Made by a program: the position numbers and the translations under genes. Below are positions 1-9,677 of a stretch of 64,000 nucleotides of DNA, one piece after another. This stretch comes from an archaeon (GTDB lineage Archaea; Asgardarchaeota; Thorarchaeia; Thorarchaeales; Thorarchaeaceae), in assembly GCA_024276825.1 (NCBI GenBank), contig JAJRWI010000015.1, positions 32,001 to 96,000 on the forward strand, written 5' to 3'. The notes beneath the pieces were generated by a model. That model worked only from the letters and a program-made list of their open reading frames with translations, ran no database searches and was not told the DNA's origin. How positions within the stretch are numbered: the stretch's first letter is position 1; every line of letters begins with the position of its first letter.

Positions 1-1313
1 TATGAACAAAGCACCTTATAGAGTTTGATGGTTGCTTTCTCAATGTCCTTCCTGCGCGCTCCGATGGCAGCGTTCATTGTTATGTAGCTATGAGGGTAAT
101 CATCGATGCAGGACCCTTGGTCGCCAGATCTGACAGCTCTGGGACCTGTGACTCTTTGATTGTAAAGCTTAGCACCAACCCCGGTCACATTCAGTCCATT
201 AAGAGTGAGTGCAATGGCCACAGGGTTTTCAACATCAAGAATACGCTGTCCCACTTTTCCTGCAATGGACTCAAGTTGTTCTTTCAGGAAGGAGAGATTA
301 CTTTTCTGTTTATCACGTAATTCAGTGTATCTTTCAAGACCAATCAGCAACATTGCAGACAGAGTCTGAACAATTGGTGCAGCAGTCGCACGGCCTGCAT
401 AGGTTTCTGCAACTTGCTCAATTATTGCACCGTCTGGCGAAGCGATAATGGAACCGCCAACAGGGGTCAAGAAGTTCTTGTCGGAACTCTGTACAATGAT
501 GTCAACACGCCCAGCGTCGATTGCAGAGCGGATGGAGGACATTACTCTTTCCGATTGGACCCCATAGGCATTATTGATCAGGAGTGGAATGTCTGCCTCA
601 GCACACATCTTAGAGATCTCCTTCACAGGATCTGACTCACGCGGTGGAAAGAATGTGGTGGTTGCCAGAACTGCAATACCATCTGCAGACATTTTTCTCT
701 CAAGGTCGCTCATGTCGACGATGACAGCATCATCATCAAGAGTCGTGTTAACAGGGATTGTTTCTAGCCCAGCCAGTTCAATACCTCTCTTTGGAGATGT
801 GTGATCAATTCTAGGATAAAGTACACGTGAAACACCCCTTTCACGACGCATAGCTGCAAATGACAGGGCAATTGCCATTCCTGTTGATAAAGGAAGAACC
901 GAGGCTGCCCTGATGTTTGGAATGCCAAGTTTCTTCAGCGCGCTCAATGCAACCTGATTGGCCAGAAACTGCATTTGACTTGCACCAACCGCCTTTGGTT
1001 GAGGGGCAGTGAGATGACCACTGCGACCAACACCATGGCAGAAGCCCGCTGACAACCGTTCAAGCAGTGGAGAAATAATCCTGGCCTCGCGTTCACCAAC
1101 TCTTGCGGCTTCAGGGTCCTTATCAGTGTCCATTAGCGACAGGAGCCGCAGTAGGAGTTCTACTTGGGATTCCGACCACGCTTTTTTGGGAAACTGTCTT
1201 CTGTTAAGAAGGTCTTTGATCGGTGCAAGGACCGCGTCAAGTGTGATTTTGCCTCGTGCCAACATATGTTTAGGTATGATGTCCTCGAGTCTTGTCAATG
1301 GATCATCTTCCAA
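1..1313 (-). CDS. spcS: O-phosphoseryl-tRNA(Sec) selenium transferase (SepSecS); stop codon cut by window edge
   Basis: Not in the ORF track. Manual translation from TTG at 1313 (SD AGGAGGAG upstream) gives MDTDKDPEAARVGEREAR, FCHGVGRSGHLTAPQPKAVG and, at the C-terminus, YPHSYITMNAAIG. About 437 codons; overlaps the selB stop. Confidence 0.93.
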   Translation of the reverse strand, partial: MEDDPLTRLEDIIPKHMLARGKITLDAVLAPIKDLLNRRQFPKKAWSESQVELLLRLLSLMDTDKDPEAARVGEREARIISPLLERLSAGFCHGVGRSGHLTAPQPKAVGASQMQFLANQVALSALKKLGIPNIRAASVLPLSTGMAIALSFAAMRRERGVSRVLYPRIDHTSPKRGIELAGLETIPVNTTLDDDAVIVDMSDLERKMSADGIAVLATTTFFPPRESDPVKEISKMCAEADIPLLINNAYGVQSERVMSSIRSAIDAGRVDIIVQSSDKNFLTPVGGSIIASPDGAIIEQVAETYAGRATAAPIVQTLSAMLLIGLERYTELRDKQKSNLSFLKEQLESIAGKVGQRILDVENPVAIALTLNGLNVTGVGAKLYNQRVTGPRAVRSGDQGSCIDDYPHSYITMNAAIGARRKDIEKATIKLYKVLCS

Positions 1314-2697
1314 ATCTGAACTCCTCCTTTCGCAACAGGACTAGGACAACATCATCATTGATGGAGACCTCCCTGTCGAATCTTGCCGAGATGACTCCAC
1401 GAGTACCAAAGGGTCTTATGAGTTCTCCCACCGCCCCAGAATGTGTATGAACACTCATCCCACACAGCTGCATGGCACGGTCCTTTGAATGCGCAAGGCC
1501 TTCAATCAATACATCGGACTCCCTGATCCTAAATATCTTGCCAATGTGTTCTCGTTGCACATATAGTTGTGCCGAATGCACAACACTCTCAACCTGTCCA
1601 GAAGCCATGATCCTCATGCTCGTTGGGGGCAGGTCGGTTCTTAGTAGAAGTGCATTCATTTTAGGTTCAATGGGTATGGGCTTCTTAAGGAACAGTATTG
1701 CCTTGAACCGTTCATTCGACACCTCATCAATGACAATCTGTCTGCCATTGTCCTCTCTGAACGGGACTATCTCGGCAGTAACACTTGGCATTCCAATTGT
1801 GGCGCTTATCAACATCTTCTTTCTGACGATACCTTGGTATATTGGATTGAGCGTGAGTGCAACTCTAACGATTCTAGACCTTTCAGGACAACTGTCTTTG
1901 CAGATATATGACCCACGCTTGACCAAATGATGATCAATCTCTGGCAGATTCACTCCAATGCGGTCCCCAGCCTTGGCAGACTCCACGGACTTGCCAAATA
2001 TCTGAATGCTGCGAACTCTTGCCGAGAGGTTCTGTGGGGCGAGATTGACTGTGTCATCTACTGCAATCCGACCGCGAAGTATCGTACCTGTAATGACTGT
2101 GCCATGGCCTTTCACAGGAAATGCATGATCTATAGGAACCAATAGAGGACCTGAGATGTCCCTATCTTGTGGAGTGATTATCCGCAAGAGCTTCTCTTTT
2201 AGGGCCTTAATTCCAACACCTTTCTTTGCGGACACCCTCACGAGTTCCACATTGCTGAACTCAGTGTCCCTCATGATCTGTCTGACTCGTTTCTCAACCA
2301 AATCCGCTTGATGCTCATCAACAAGATCGGTCTTAGTAATAGCAACCACAACATCGCTGATCCCCATTGACTGCAGCACCAGAATGTGCTCTCCAGTCTG
2401 AACTTTGGGACCTTCATCAGCAGCCACGACTAGTATAGCAGCGTCTATTATTGTTGCGGAAGCCACCACGCTTCTAATCAGGTCTGCATGACCTGGGGCA
2501 TCAACGAGAGTGACGAGATAGTCACCAAGTGTGAACATAGTGAATCCAAGATCGATAGTTATGCCTCTCATGCGGGCTTGAGGGTGTTTATCTAGGCCTG
2601 CAGTGGAAACTTTCTCACTCAGGGCCCTAGCCAGTTCGGTCTTGCCATGGTCGATGTGCCCCATAAGTCCTATGTGAACGGGAGTGAGTTCGGTCAT
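1303..2697 (-). CDS. selB: Selenocysteine-specific elongation factor SelB/eEFSec
   Basis: GHIDHGKT, RGITIDLGF, DAPGH, TKTD G-motifs; C-terminal domain IV-like GELIRPFGTRG; adjacent to SepSecS. Confidence 0.92.
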   Translation of the reverse strand: MTELTPVHIGLMGHIDHGKTELARALSEKVSTAGLDKHPQARMRGITIDLGFTMFTLGDYLVTLVDAPGHADLIRSVVASATIIDAAILVVAADEGPKVQTGEHILVLQSMGISDVVVAITKTDLVDEHQADLVEKRVRQIMRDTEFSNVELVRVSAKKGVGIKALKEKLLRIITPQDRDISGPLLVPIDHAFPVKGHGTVITGTILRGRIAVDDTVNLAPQNLSARVRSIQIFGKSVESAKAGDRIGVNLPEIDHHLVKRGSYICKDSCPERSRIVRVALTLNPIYQGIVRKKMLISATIGMPSVTAEIVPFREDNGRQIVIDEVSNERFKAILFLKKPIPIEPKMNALLLRTDLPPTSMRIMASGQVESVVHSAQLYVQREHIGKIFRIRESDVLIEGLAHSKDRAMQLCGMSVHTHSGAVGELIRPFGTRGVISARFDREVSINDDVVLVLLRKEEFRFGR

Positions 2698-2817
2698 GTT
2701 TCAAACGCCATTTAAGAGTGTATACTGTCAGCAATAAAACCTTGGCCAATACGAAGATAAATAGAGAAGTCTGGCTTATTCCTGTGTGAATATCGGGCAA
2801 TCTATGCAAGACAAGAG

Positions 2818-3234
2818 ATGAGTGTAATGGTCTCAAGGTCCATTGAGAAAATGCTTCTGATAGCAATAGGACTGTCAACAGCAGTAATTGTTGGCGTTCC
2901 AGTGCTGCTCTATTCGATTCGGACAATCTCCAATGTCAGTGATCTAGAGGTCGCAAGGTCCATTGCAGGACAGATACTGAACGCCACAGAGCGTGTGGAT
3001 TCGGGAGGATCCACGGAGGTCTCATTTCAGGTCAATATACCATCTGGGTTTAGGATCAAAGCAGCAGGCTCTAGTCTGAGCGTTTACTTGGACATGGCTG
3101 ATGATAACACATACAGCTGGAGTAGAAATTATGGCCATACAATTGTCTTGACCCCACCTCAGGAGGCAGGAATGTATTTTGTTAGTATTCAGATGGAGAA
3201 TAATATAATCGTCATCGGGTTCACAAGGGCATAA
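2818..3234 (+). CDS. Hypothetical N-terminally anchored protein, possibly pilin-like
   Basis: N-terminal hydrophobic helix followed by a beta-rich domain. Confidence 0.5.
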   Translation: MSVMVSRSIEKMLLIAIGLSTAVIVGVPVLLYSIRTISNVSDLEVARSIAGQILNATERVDSGGSTEVSFQVNIPSGFRIKAAGSSLSVYLDMADDNTYSWSRNYGHTIVLTPPQEAGMYFVSIQMENNIIVIGFTRA

Positions 3235-3318
3235 TGATACACCTTTTGATACTGCACAACGTTTTTAATGATGACACAGTTTCCGACTCTGCAAAGTGCC
3301 AAACAGGGGTCAGTGAAT

Positions 3319-4374
3319 ATGGTAGACAATGCTGAGCTGGCAGAGACCGAAGAAGAACCTGAAGAGGAAGAGGTTGAGGAACAATCCAAGAAGGAAGAGA
3401 AGAAGAGAGTGGTTCTGGAGAAGACAAAGACCCCCAGAGCAAGAAACATTGTTGGGATGATCTTCAATCTGCGGATGCTACGTCGAATCGTTCAGATATT
3501 CTTCTTTATTGGTGTTAATGCATGGATATTGGGTGCAATGGGAAATGAGGCAGCTCAGCAGTTCTGGATCACCATTAGAGATATAATCCCTACACTGCCG
3601 ATGATTGCCCCCCTAGAAGGAATATATGCGATGATTGGAGGTTCTTTTGATGCCATGCATAGAGAGCTCGCAGCTGGAATCTTTCCATTCTTTACTCTGG
3701 GTTCTATGATAATTATACTGACCATATTGGGACGGACAACATGTGGTTGGATATGCCCCATTGGCACAATTCAAGACTTTGCAACTCTGCCAAATCGCGA
3801 GAAGATCCGCCCTGCACCAAGCACTGAAAATGAGCTGAGGAGAATAAAGGCAGGGATATTCATTATTGTCACCTTCTTCTCAAGTTGGGTTGCTATTAGT
3901 ACTATGCTTGGAACAGATGATGCAATAAGAAGAGCACTGGGAGTGTTTGCAGACTCAGGATTTGCACCAATCAATCCAGCATATATCATATTCAAACTGT
4001 TCTTTGAAGTGCCTTGGCCAAACAGCCTTGAAACCCTGTGGTATATATCCAGCTGGGGATGGGTTTTCTGGCTCCAGTTCATATTCATCCTTCTGATCGT
4101 GTTTGTGTCACTCTGGTTCCCAAGATGGTATTGCAGGTGGCTATGTCCCGCGGGATGGTTCTACGGTATATTCTCACGCAATGCACTCATTTCAATTGGC
4201 AGAAACCCTGCAAAATGCACACCAGACACATGCAATGTGTGTGAAGTTGTTTGTCCGATGAACATCAGAATCAGAAGGTTCCCCTATCAGCATGTTCACA
4301 GCCAGGAATGCATAATGTGCCTTGAGTGCAAGAGTCACTGCCCGAACGATGCAATAGAGATCAAGTTCTCATAG
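3319..4374 (+). CDS. Membrane 4Fe-4S binding protein (NapH/MauN-like polyferredoxin)
   Basis: CGWICPIG and CRWLCPAG motifs, TM helices, two C-terminal ferredoxin Cys clusters. Confidence 0.85.
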   Translation: MVDNAELAETEEEPEEEEVEEQSKKEEKKRVVLEKTKTPRARNIVGMIFNLRMLRRIVQIFFFIGVNAWILGAMGNEAAQQFWITIRDIIPTLPMIAPLEGIYAMIGGSFDAMHRELAAGIFPFFTLGSMIIILTILGRTTCGWICPIGTIQDFATLPNREKIRPAPSTENELRRIKAGIFIIVTFFSSWVAISTMLGTDDAIRRALGVFADSGFAPINPAYIIFKLFFEVPWPNSLETLWYISSWGWVFWLQFIFILLIVFVSLWFPRWYCRWLCPAGWFYGIFSRNALISIGRNPAKCTPDTCNVCEVVCPMNIRIRRFPYQHVHSQECIMCLECKSHCPNDAIEIKFS

Positions 4375-4722
4375 GCGGTCCTTGGCAGAAGATGCGATGC
4401 GTTTGAACTCTTCGTTGAGGTGAGAGTAAAGCTCCATCAGATGATCAGCAAGGCGTGTGACCACGGCCCCGCCGCCGTGCGGTCCACCCTTCTTTGTAAT
4501 CAGGAGTTTCTCGCCAATCTTTGACTCAATCTCATTAATGACACCCCAAGCGTATCTATAGGACATATTCAGAGCGCTAGCACCTTTAGCAATTGACCCA
4601 GATTCTTTTATACTCTTTAGAATCGCATATGCGCCCGGACCAAAGACATATTCTCCATCAAGCTCGAGCCAAAGCTTCCAGTTGGCAGTATAATGACTTT
4701 TAATCCTTTTTTCATCACTCAC
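4369..4722 (-). CDS. ModE-family winged-helix regulator (N-terminal domain only)
   Basis: GSIAKGASALNMSYRYAWGVI...KKGGPHGGGAVVT. Confidence 0.85.
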   Translation of the reverse strand: MSDEKRIKSHYTANWKLWLELDGEYVFGPGAYAILKSIKESGSIAKGASALNMSYRYAWGVINEIESKIGEKLLITKKGGPHGGGAVVTRLADHLMELYSHLNEEFKRIASSAKDRL

Positions 4723-4774
4723 CGGTGATGGTCTCCTTATTTCCGAGTTGTAAACCAGACTATGATGCGTAGAA

Positions 4775-4996
4775 CTAATGCCCCCAACGAAGGCGTTCGG
4801 CCTTGGTGTCCTTCTTGAATGACTTCTTCACTTTCTTCCAGTGATCATGACATAGATGGATTTTGCGGGACCTTGCATCCTTCACTTTAAGGCCGGACTT
4901 TGTCACACTCTCAGCGATTCTTACTGTTGCAAAGGTTCTCTTTGAGGGCTTATCGCAACCAACGATACTACAGGTCTTTTTGCTTTCAGGGGACAC
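4775..4996 (-). CDS. Small basic Zn-binding hypothetical protein
   Basis: CSIVGC...LCHDHWK. Confidence 0.65.
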   Translation of the reverse strand: MSPESKKTCSIVGCDKPSKRTFATVRIAESVTKSGLKVKDARSRKIHLCHDHWKKVKKSFKKDTKAERLRWGH

Positions 4997-5084
4997 GGTC
5001 TACACTTCCATATTCATGTTCATCAGAATGCTGAGTTTATATAACATTGACGGCGATGCATTCCACCCATTGGACTACTAAAGT

Positions 5085-6074
5085 CTACTCTTTACTTCTG
5101 GGTGTGAGAACAGGACCCTTGGAGTAGTTAAATATCACCTGTTCCTCGTTGTTCAGTCTGAGTCGGAGTGATTCCGAATCATCAACTTCACCAATGACTA
5201 CAGAGTTCATGTTATGATCATTCACTATCTCTGACATTCTGTCCAGGTCATCGGGCGATACTGCAACTAGGAATCCGACCGAGATGAACATCCGCAGCCA
5301 ATCACTCAGGGGAATCTCTGGTGGACGTGTTGTGTCAATCATGTTTAAATCAACAACACCACCCTTGCCAGAGTATTCCAGCATCATCCCTGCGGTCCCT
5401 ATAAGCCCTGCCACAGACACATCCTTGGATGCGTTGAGAAGGTGAGATGTTGCTAGGACTCTCATGACTGACAGCCTGCTCACTATGTCCTCAGATGATC
5501 TTCCTGTGACTGTGTCCCATCCGAGTGTATAGTAGGAGCCACGCTTGCCAGCCCTGTCAAAGATGAGAACGAGCAGGTCGCCTGTTTTCGCGCCTCCAGA
5601 TGTGAGCATGTCATTCTTCATCACAGTCCCAGTGGCAGAACCCACAACATAGGTTGAGCTGGACTGAGAGTTCGTATGACCACGGACGATTGGAATCTGA
5701 AATGTGTGTGACCCTTCAATCAGCCCCTCAAGAAGTCGTTCTCCAATGCTTGGATCGGAGTATGACAATGCCACAGCAAATGATGTCGGACGGCCGCCAG
5801 CAGCATAGATATCCATTACATTAGCAAGGACCACATTGAATCCGGCTGCATGAGGATACTTTAGACATAGTTCTTCTACAATCGAGTCTGTTGTAAGTAG
5901 AATGACCTCATCAGAATCTGTACTTATTGCTGCAGAGTCTTCGCCAAGACTGTGAGGCTGATCACTCTTGTATGATGCTTCTCTGAGGCGACCAATAATC
6001 CTTGGGAGAACAAACTTTCGAGAGATTCCTTCAAATTCAAGAAGAAGTGATATGATCTCATTCAATGAACTCAC
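5085..6074 (-). CDS. AIR synthase/PurM-like protein (methanogenesis marker 2-like; SelD/ThiL/HypE superfamily)
   Basis: GEDSAA, NVMDIYAAGG, GHT, KDVSVAG; lacks the SelD N-terminal C/U-x-x-K loop. Confidence 0.8.
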   Translation of the reverse strand: MSSLNEIISLLLEFEGISRKFVLPRIIGRLREASYKSDQPHSLGEDSAAISTDSDEVILLTTDSIVEELCLKYPHAAGFNVVLANVMDIYAAGGRPTSFAVALSYSDPSIGERLLEGLIEGSHTFQIPIVRGHTNSQSSSTYVVGSATGTVMKNDMLTSGGAKTGDLLVLIFDRAGKRGSYYTLGWDTVTGRSSEDIVSRLSVMRVLATSHLLNASKDVSVAGLIGTAGMMLEYSGKGGVVDLNMIDTTRPPEIPLSDWLRMFISVGFLVAVSPDDLDRMSEIVNDHNMNSVVIGEVDDSESLRLRLNNEEQVIFNYSKGPVLTPRSKE

Positions 6075-6100
6075 AGGGTCACCACCATGGTCTCACAGGT

Positions 6101-6226
6101 TCATGGTGGACCGAGAAATCTGATTACGTAGGCAGTTTGACCCAAAATGATTCCAATGCCCAATAGAGAGAGACCAATCATGAAGAATATGAGTGCTCTC
6201 ATCTCGGGACGTATCTCTTCAAACAT
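6101..6226 (-). CDS. Unannotated 41-aa single-TM micro-protein; extends to 6071 (51 aa) if UGA is read as Sec
   Basis: SD GGTGAGG then ATG; MFEEIRPEMRALIFFMIGLSLLGIGIILGQTAYVIRFLGPP-TGA-TCETMVVTL-TGA. Confidence 0.7.
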   Translation of the reverse strand: MFEEIRPEMRALIFFMIGLSLLGIGIILGQTAYVIRFLGPP

Positions 6227-6351
6227 TATGCCTCACCTTGTCTGATTCTCATGCAATTTTGTTTTACTTATAGACATTATGGGATGACCAAATACAATTA
6301 CATCCATCTAATTGATTGTATACAGTAGACTTCAGTTCAGAGTATTATTGA

Positions 6352-6669
6352 TCATAGGAGAGAGGCGAGTTTAGCAACTGCCTCATCAAACTTGGCCTTT
6401 GATGTGACGATAGAGTCAGCTCCATAGTCAGGCAGGACCTTTAGTTCCTCAATCAGCAGTGCAATGGCCTTTGTTGGTGGAATCTCTTTCTTGTCAAGGG
6501 AGCCATCAGGAAAAGTGATTGATGCCTCAACCCAAGTTTCATGAGTGTCATCAGTAGGAAAGAGACAATAGATGTAGTCAGAGTTGCAGCAAATGAATGA
6601 TGGTGTATGGCTCCATGCCTGATCCAGAAGTTGTCCGAATTCCTTTGCATTCTCGGTCTTGTCTGCCAT
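6352..6669 (-). CDS. Hypothetical protein
   Basis: ORF with SD-like GAGG; protein-like composition. Confidence 0.65.
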   Translation of the reverse strand: MADKTENAKEFGQLLDQAWSHTPSFICCNSDYIYCLFPTDDTHETWVEASITFPDGSLDKKEIPPTKAIALLIEELKVLPDYGADSIVTSKAKFDEAVAKLASLL

Positions 6670-6746
6670 TTAATATCCCTCAACTGCAATTTGATTGTAG
6701 TCAAATTGGCCTTATGACCTTTTCTAAAACAGACTGCAAAGTTCTT

Positions 6747-7325
6747 TCATGGTCTATGCCAGATAAATGAGTAATATGCTATCTCACCATTCTTCTTTAT
6801 GGTGGCAATTATGAACTTTTTTCTAACACTAGTTGCAAGCCGGCCCGCCCTGACAATGTCCAGAGGAACAACCCCTTTTTTCTGCGGAATAACATGGATA
6901 AGGAATGGTGCATGATCAATGCCAGGCCCATATTCATAGACTGCAAAATCCGTGCCAAACTTCATTCCAGGCCTGACGATAAAACCACGTTCTCGAAGTT
7001 GGAAGTAAACGAGAAATCTGTCATAGAACTCATCAGTCATTTCAAGACCTTTTGCAATGATTTCGTCAAAAGTCAATGTTTTGTCTTCTTGGGGATGAAT
7101 CACTCTTAGCCAGCCAATTTTTGTGAGATATGCGCACTCAATTAATGAGAGTTCAAGGGGTTTATCAAACTCAAAGGACTTTGGCTTTCTAATGCCGACT
7201 GGTTGTCCGAAATAGCCTGATGCGTAGAGTTTCATACCTTCTTCTGGATTCCAGACTATCGCTCTATCACCAATGAAGTCAGCCGTTGCATTGATCTCTC
7301 TTTCTTCCACTTGATAACCAACCAC
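6747..7325 (-). CDS. endA: tRNA-splicing endonuclease
   Basis: LELSLIECAYL, VRPGMKFGTDFAVY, HAPF, RLATSVRKK catalytic Y/H/K. Confidence 0.92.
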   Translation of the reverse strand: MVGYQVEEREINATADFIGDRAIVWNPEEGMKLYASGYFGQPVGIRKPKSFEFDKPLELSLIECAYLTKIGWLRVIHPQEDKTLTFDEIIAKGLEMTDEFYDRFLVYFQLRERGFIVRPGMKFGTDFAVYEYGPGIDHAPFLIHVIPQKKGVVPLDIVRAGRLATSVRKKFIIATIKKNGEIAYYSFIWHRP

Positions 7326-7326
7326 A

Positions 7327-7989
7327 TTAGATGTTTAGTGTGAGAGACAGACCGCGGATGGTGTTCGCTGCATCCTCACTAAAATTGGATATCTCTTCAA
7401 GGGTGTTAATCATATCGCGCGCCCTGAGAATCTTTGCAATGCCAATGTTGGCATTATAGAGGAGTTTGATGATCTTTCGTTGGATGATATCAATATGCTT
7501 CTCAATTGTACATATCTCATTCGTGTAGTTGAGAGAGGTTTCCAAATTGATTGAGAGAAATCGAACTGCTTCTCTCTGCTGGGTCACTATTGATAGTACT
7601 TGATTGCTGATTTCTTTCAAGTGCTCCCTGAGTTCACCATCTGGCGACCATGACTCACAGACATCGGCTAGATGATAACATGCTATCTCAGCACCATCAA
7701 TGAGTTTGTCTTGCAGGAACACTAGGCGCAAAAGGTCTTCACGCTGCATCATAGAGTTGGCACTGGCCAGTTCTGAGAGAATGCGCTGCTTCATCTCATT
7801 TCCTTTCTCTTCAAGATCGGTTATCTTTCTCAAAGTGTCCTCGCTAACAGCGCTGTTCGAATCAAGCCATTCAGACATCGAGTTGGCAACAATCCTGTTT
7901 GCCGAGAGAGCGATTCTAATGTGCTCTTCAATCATCTGAGTGATGTTAGCCAGTTCAGCGGTCAGGAATCGCTTCTCATCTAAGACCAA
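7327..7989 (-). CDS. DUF47/PhoU-like phosphate transport regulator
   Basis: Duplicated helical bundle; LEEKGN...REDLLRLV...DKLID. Confidence 0.7.
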   Translation of the reverse strand: MVLDEKRFLTAELANITQMIEEHIRIALSANRIVANSMSEWLDSNSAVSEDTLRKITDLEEKGNEMKQRILSELASANSMMQREDLLRLVFLQDKLIDGAEIACYHLADVCESWSPDGELREHLKEISNQVLSIVTQQREAVRFLSINLETSLNYTNEICTIEKHIDIIQRKIIKLLYNANIGIAKILRARDMINTLEEISNFSEDAANTIRGLSLTLNI

Positions 7990-8068
7990 TATTCATACCT
8001 CACAGCGCAATTGCATTTTGGGGTCAGTTTTAAATGTTGGGTAGCTGGTCAAAACATGAGGAAAATCT

Positions 8069-8854
8069 ATGGAACTATGGCAGATAATAGCAGCACTACT
8101 TCAAGGGCTGGTCGAATGGTTGCCAATAAGCAGTGAGGGACAAGTCATATTATTTCTGTACAATTTCAGCTCGGTTCCTGTTAGCGAGCTCTTGACTGTA
8201 GTGGTATGGCTACATCTGGGCACAGCTATGGCAGTCATTGTACGCTATCCAAGGGTGATTCTTGATGTGCTCAGTCTGCGGGACAGAGTACTGTTCAGGA
8301 ACATCCTGATTGCAACAGTCTTTACCACTATCACTGCCATTCCCCTTTATCTACTTCTAAAGACCACGCTTGCAGGATTTAATGGTGAGGCCATCAATGT
8401 TCTGGTGGGCATCCTCTTATTAGTCACTGCACTGATGCTGTACATACCTACTAGACATGAGGGGGAAATAGATGAGAAAGAGGTCGATGACAAGGTTGCT
8501 GCTGCAACGGGACTCGTTCAGGGATTCTCTGTAATGCCTGGACTAAGCAGATCGGGCGTGACTGTATCGGCACTTTTGATGCAGAGGGTGAACAAGGAAA
8601 CCGCATTGAAGTTCAGTTTTCTCATCAGTGTGCCAGCAGTCTTTGGAATACTGTTCATTGAGGTTCTTACTGGTGGGGCCGTCATGCCATCAATACCCAT
8701 TAGTGATGTGATTGTAATGGAGATCATAGTATTTGTTACAGCATTGGTCTCAATGGAGTTCCTATTGCAGATTGCCAAGAGGGTCGCCTTTTGGAAACTT
8801 TGTCTGTTTCTTGCTATTGTGGCTATTGTGTTTGGGCTACCCGCTCTATTCTGA
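8069..8854 (+). CDS. uppP: Undecaprenyl-diphosphate phosphatase (BacA family)
   Basis: QGLVEWLPISSEGQ and PGLSRSGVT motifs. Confidence 0.9.
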   Translation: MELWQIIAALLQGLVEWLPISSEGQVILFLYNFSSVPVSELLTVVVWLHLGTAMAVIVRYPRVILDVLSLRDRVLFRNILIATVFTTITAIPLYLLLKTTLAGFNGEAINVLVGILLLVTALMLYIPTRHEGEIDEKEVDDKVAAATGLVQGFSVMPGLSRSGVTVSALLMQRVNKETALKFSFLISVPAVFGILFIEVLTGGAVMPSIPISDVIVMEIIVFVTALVSMEFLLQIAKRVAFWKLCLFLAIVAIVFGLPALF

Positions 8855-9592
8855 CCTCTTCTGAAACATGATGGCAATGGGAGCGTTGGCCTTTCGCCAT
8901 TCCACTAGTTTGCCCTCATACTCGAGGGGGATCGGTGTCCTCCCGTGATTACCAATTATCACGAACAATGTATCATCACGGGCCTGTCGCATCAGGACTT
9001 TGACCCAATTATCGGTGCGACGCACTATCTTTTCAAGCAGTGTCTGTGGGGGTGTTCGATGTCCATATTGGGCATACAGGCTCTCAAAGTCGAGAAAGTG
9101 AATATAGAGTAGTTCACTTCTGAATATGTATTTTGTAGACTCAATATATGCGTTCATGTCATTATGAACTGGAATTGTGTACTCGGTTTCAAAATCAAAG
9201 GTGCCCACATCATCCTTGTGACATATCGCACGCGTAAACTTCCCATGTCGCTTGACATATGACAACAGATGGAACCCAGTCTTCTGGGAGCCTTGGAGAA
9301 CAGTTGTTATCAGAGGGATTGCATAGGGATCATCAGTGTTGAGTAGTGCAAGGGCCTCCATTTTCTTGATCATGGTTTCGGGCTTGTACACCACGGCCTC
9401 AAAGAGGCCAAAGTTGTCTATCATAATCATGACTATGGACTTTGGACTGAATCTGCCCACAATCTCATCATCAGGGCTGGGAAGACCCTCAGGCACTGTC
9501 AGGTCCAGCATCTTAAGAATGGTCGCAGGGATCTCTTCTGCAGTGGTTTCAACTCGTGGTAGCGTCAAATCTAGTCGTTGTAGGAGATACAT
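8846..9592 (-). CDS. Alkaline-phosphatase/PglZ-like fold hypothetical protein
   Basis: MIMIDNFG...HFLDFE...IIGNHG resemble degenerate AlkP motifs; start reassigned to ATG 9592 to avoid overlap with get3. Confidence 0.5.
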   Translation of the reverse strand: MYLLQRLDLTLPRVETTAEEIPATILKMLDLTVPEGLPSPDDEIVGRFSPKSIVMIMIDNFGLFEAVVYKPETMIKKMEALALLNTDDPYAIPLITTVLQGSQKTGFHLLSYVKRHGKFTRAICHKDDVGTFDFETEYTIPVHNDMNAYIESTKYIFRSELLYIHFLDFESLYAQYGHRTPPQTLLEKIVRRTDNWVKVLMRQARDDTLFVIIGNHGRTPIPLEYEGKLVEWRKANAPIAIMFQKRSE

Positions 9593-9677
9593 AAACCATT
9601 CAAGAAGCTTTTGCAAACGTTGTGCCTTCGATACAAGCTTTAATAGGCGATGAGTCGCGGTGGCAATGATGATGACC

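Noticed and set aside
5085-6074. Selenophosphate synthetase SelD (tempting given selB/SepSecS nearby)
   Set aside because: No N-terminal C/U-G-C-K loop or DFF motif; fits the AIR-synthase-related marker-2-like family instead
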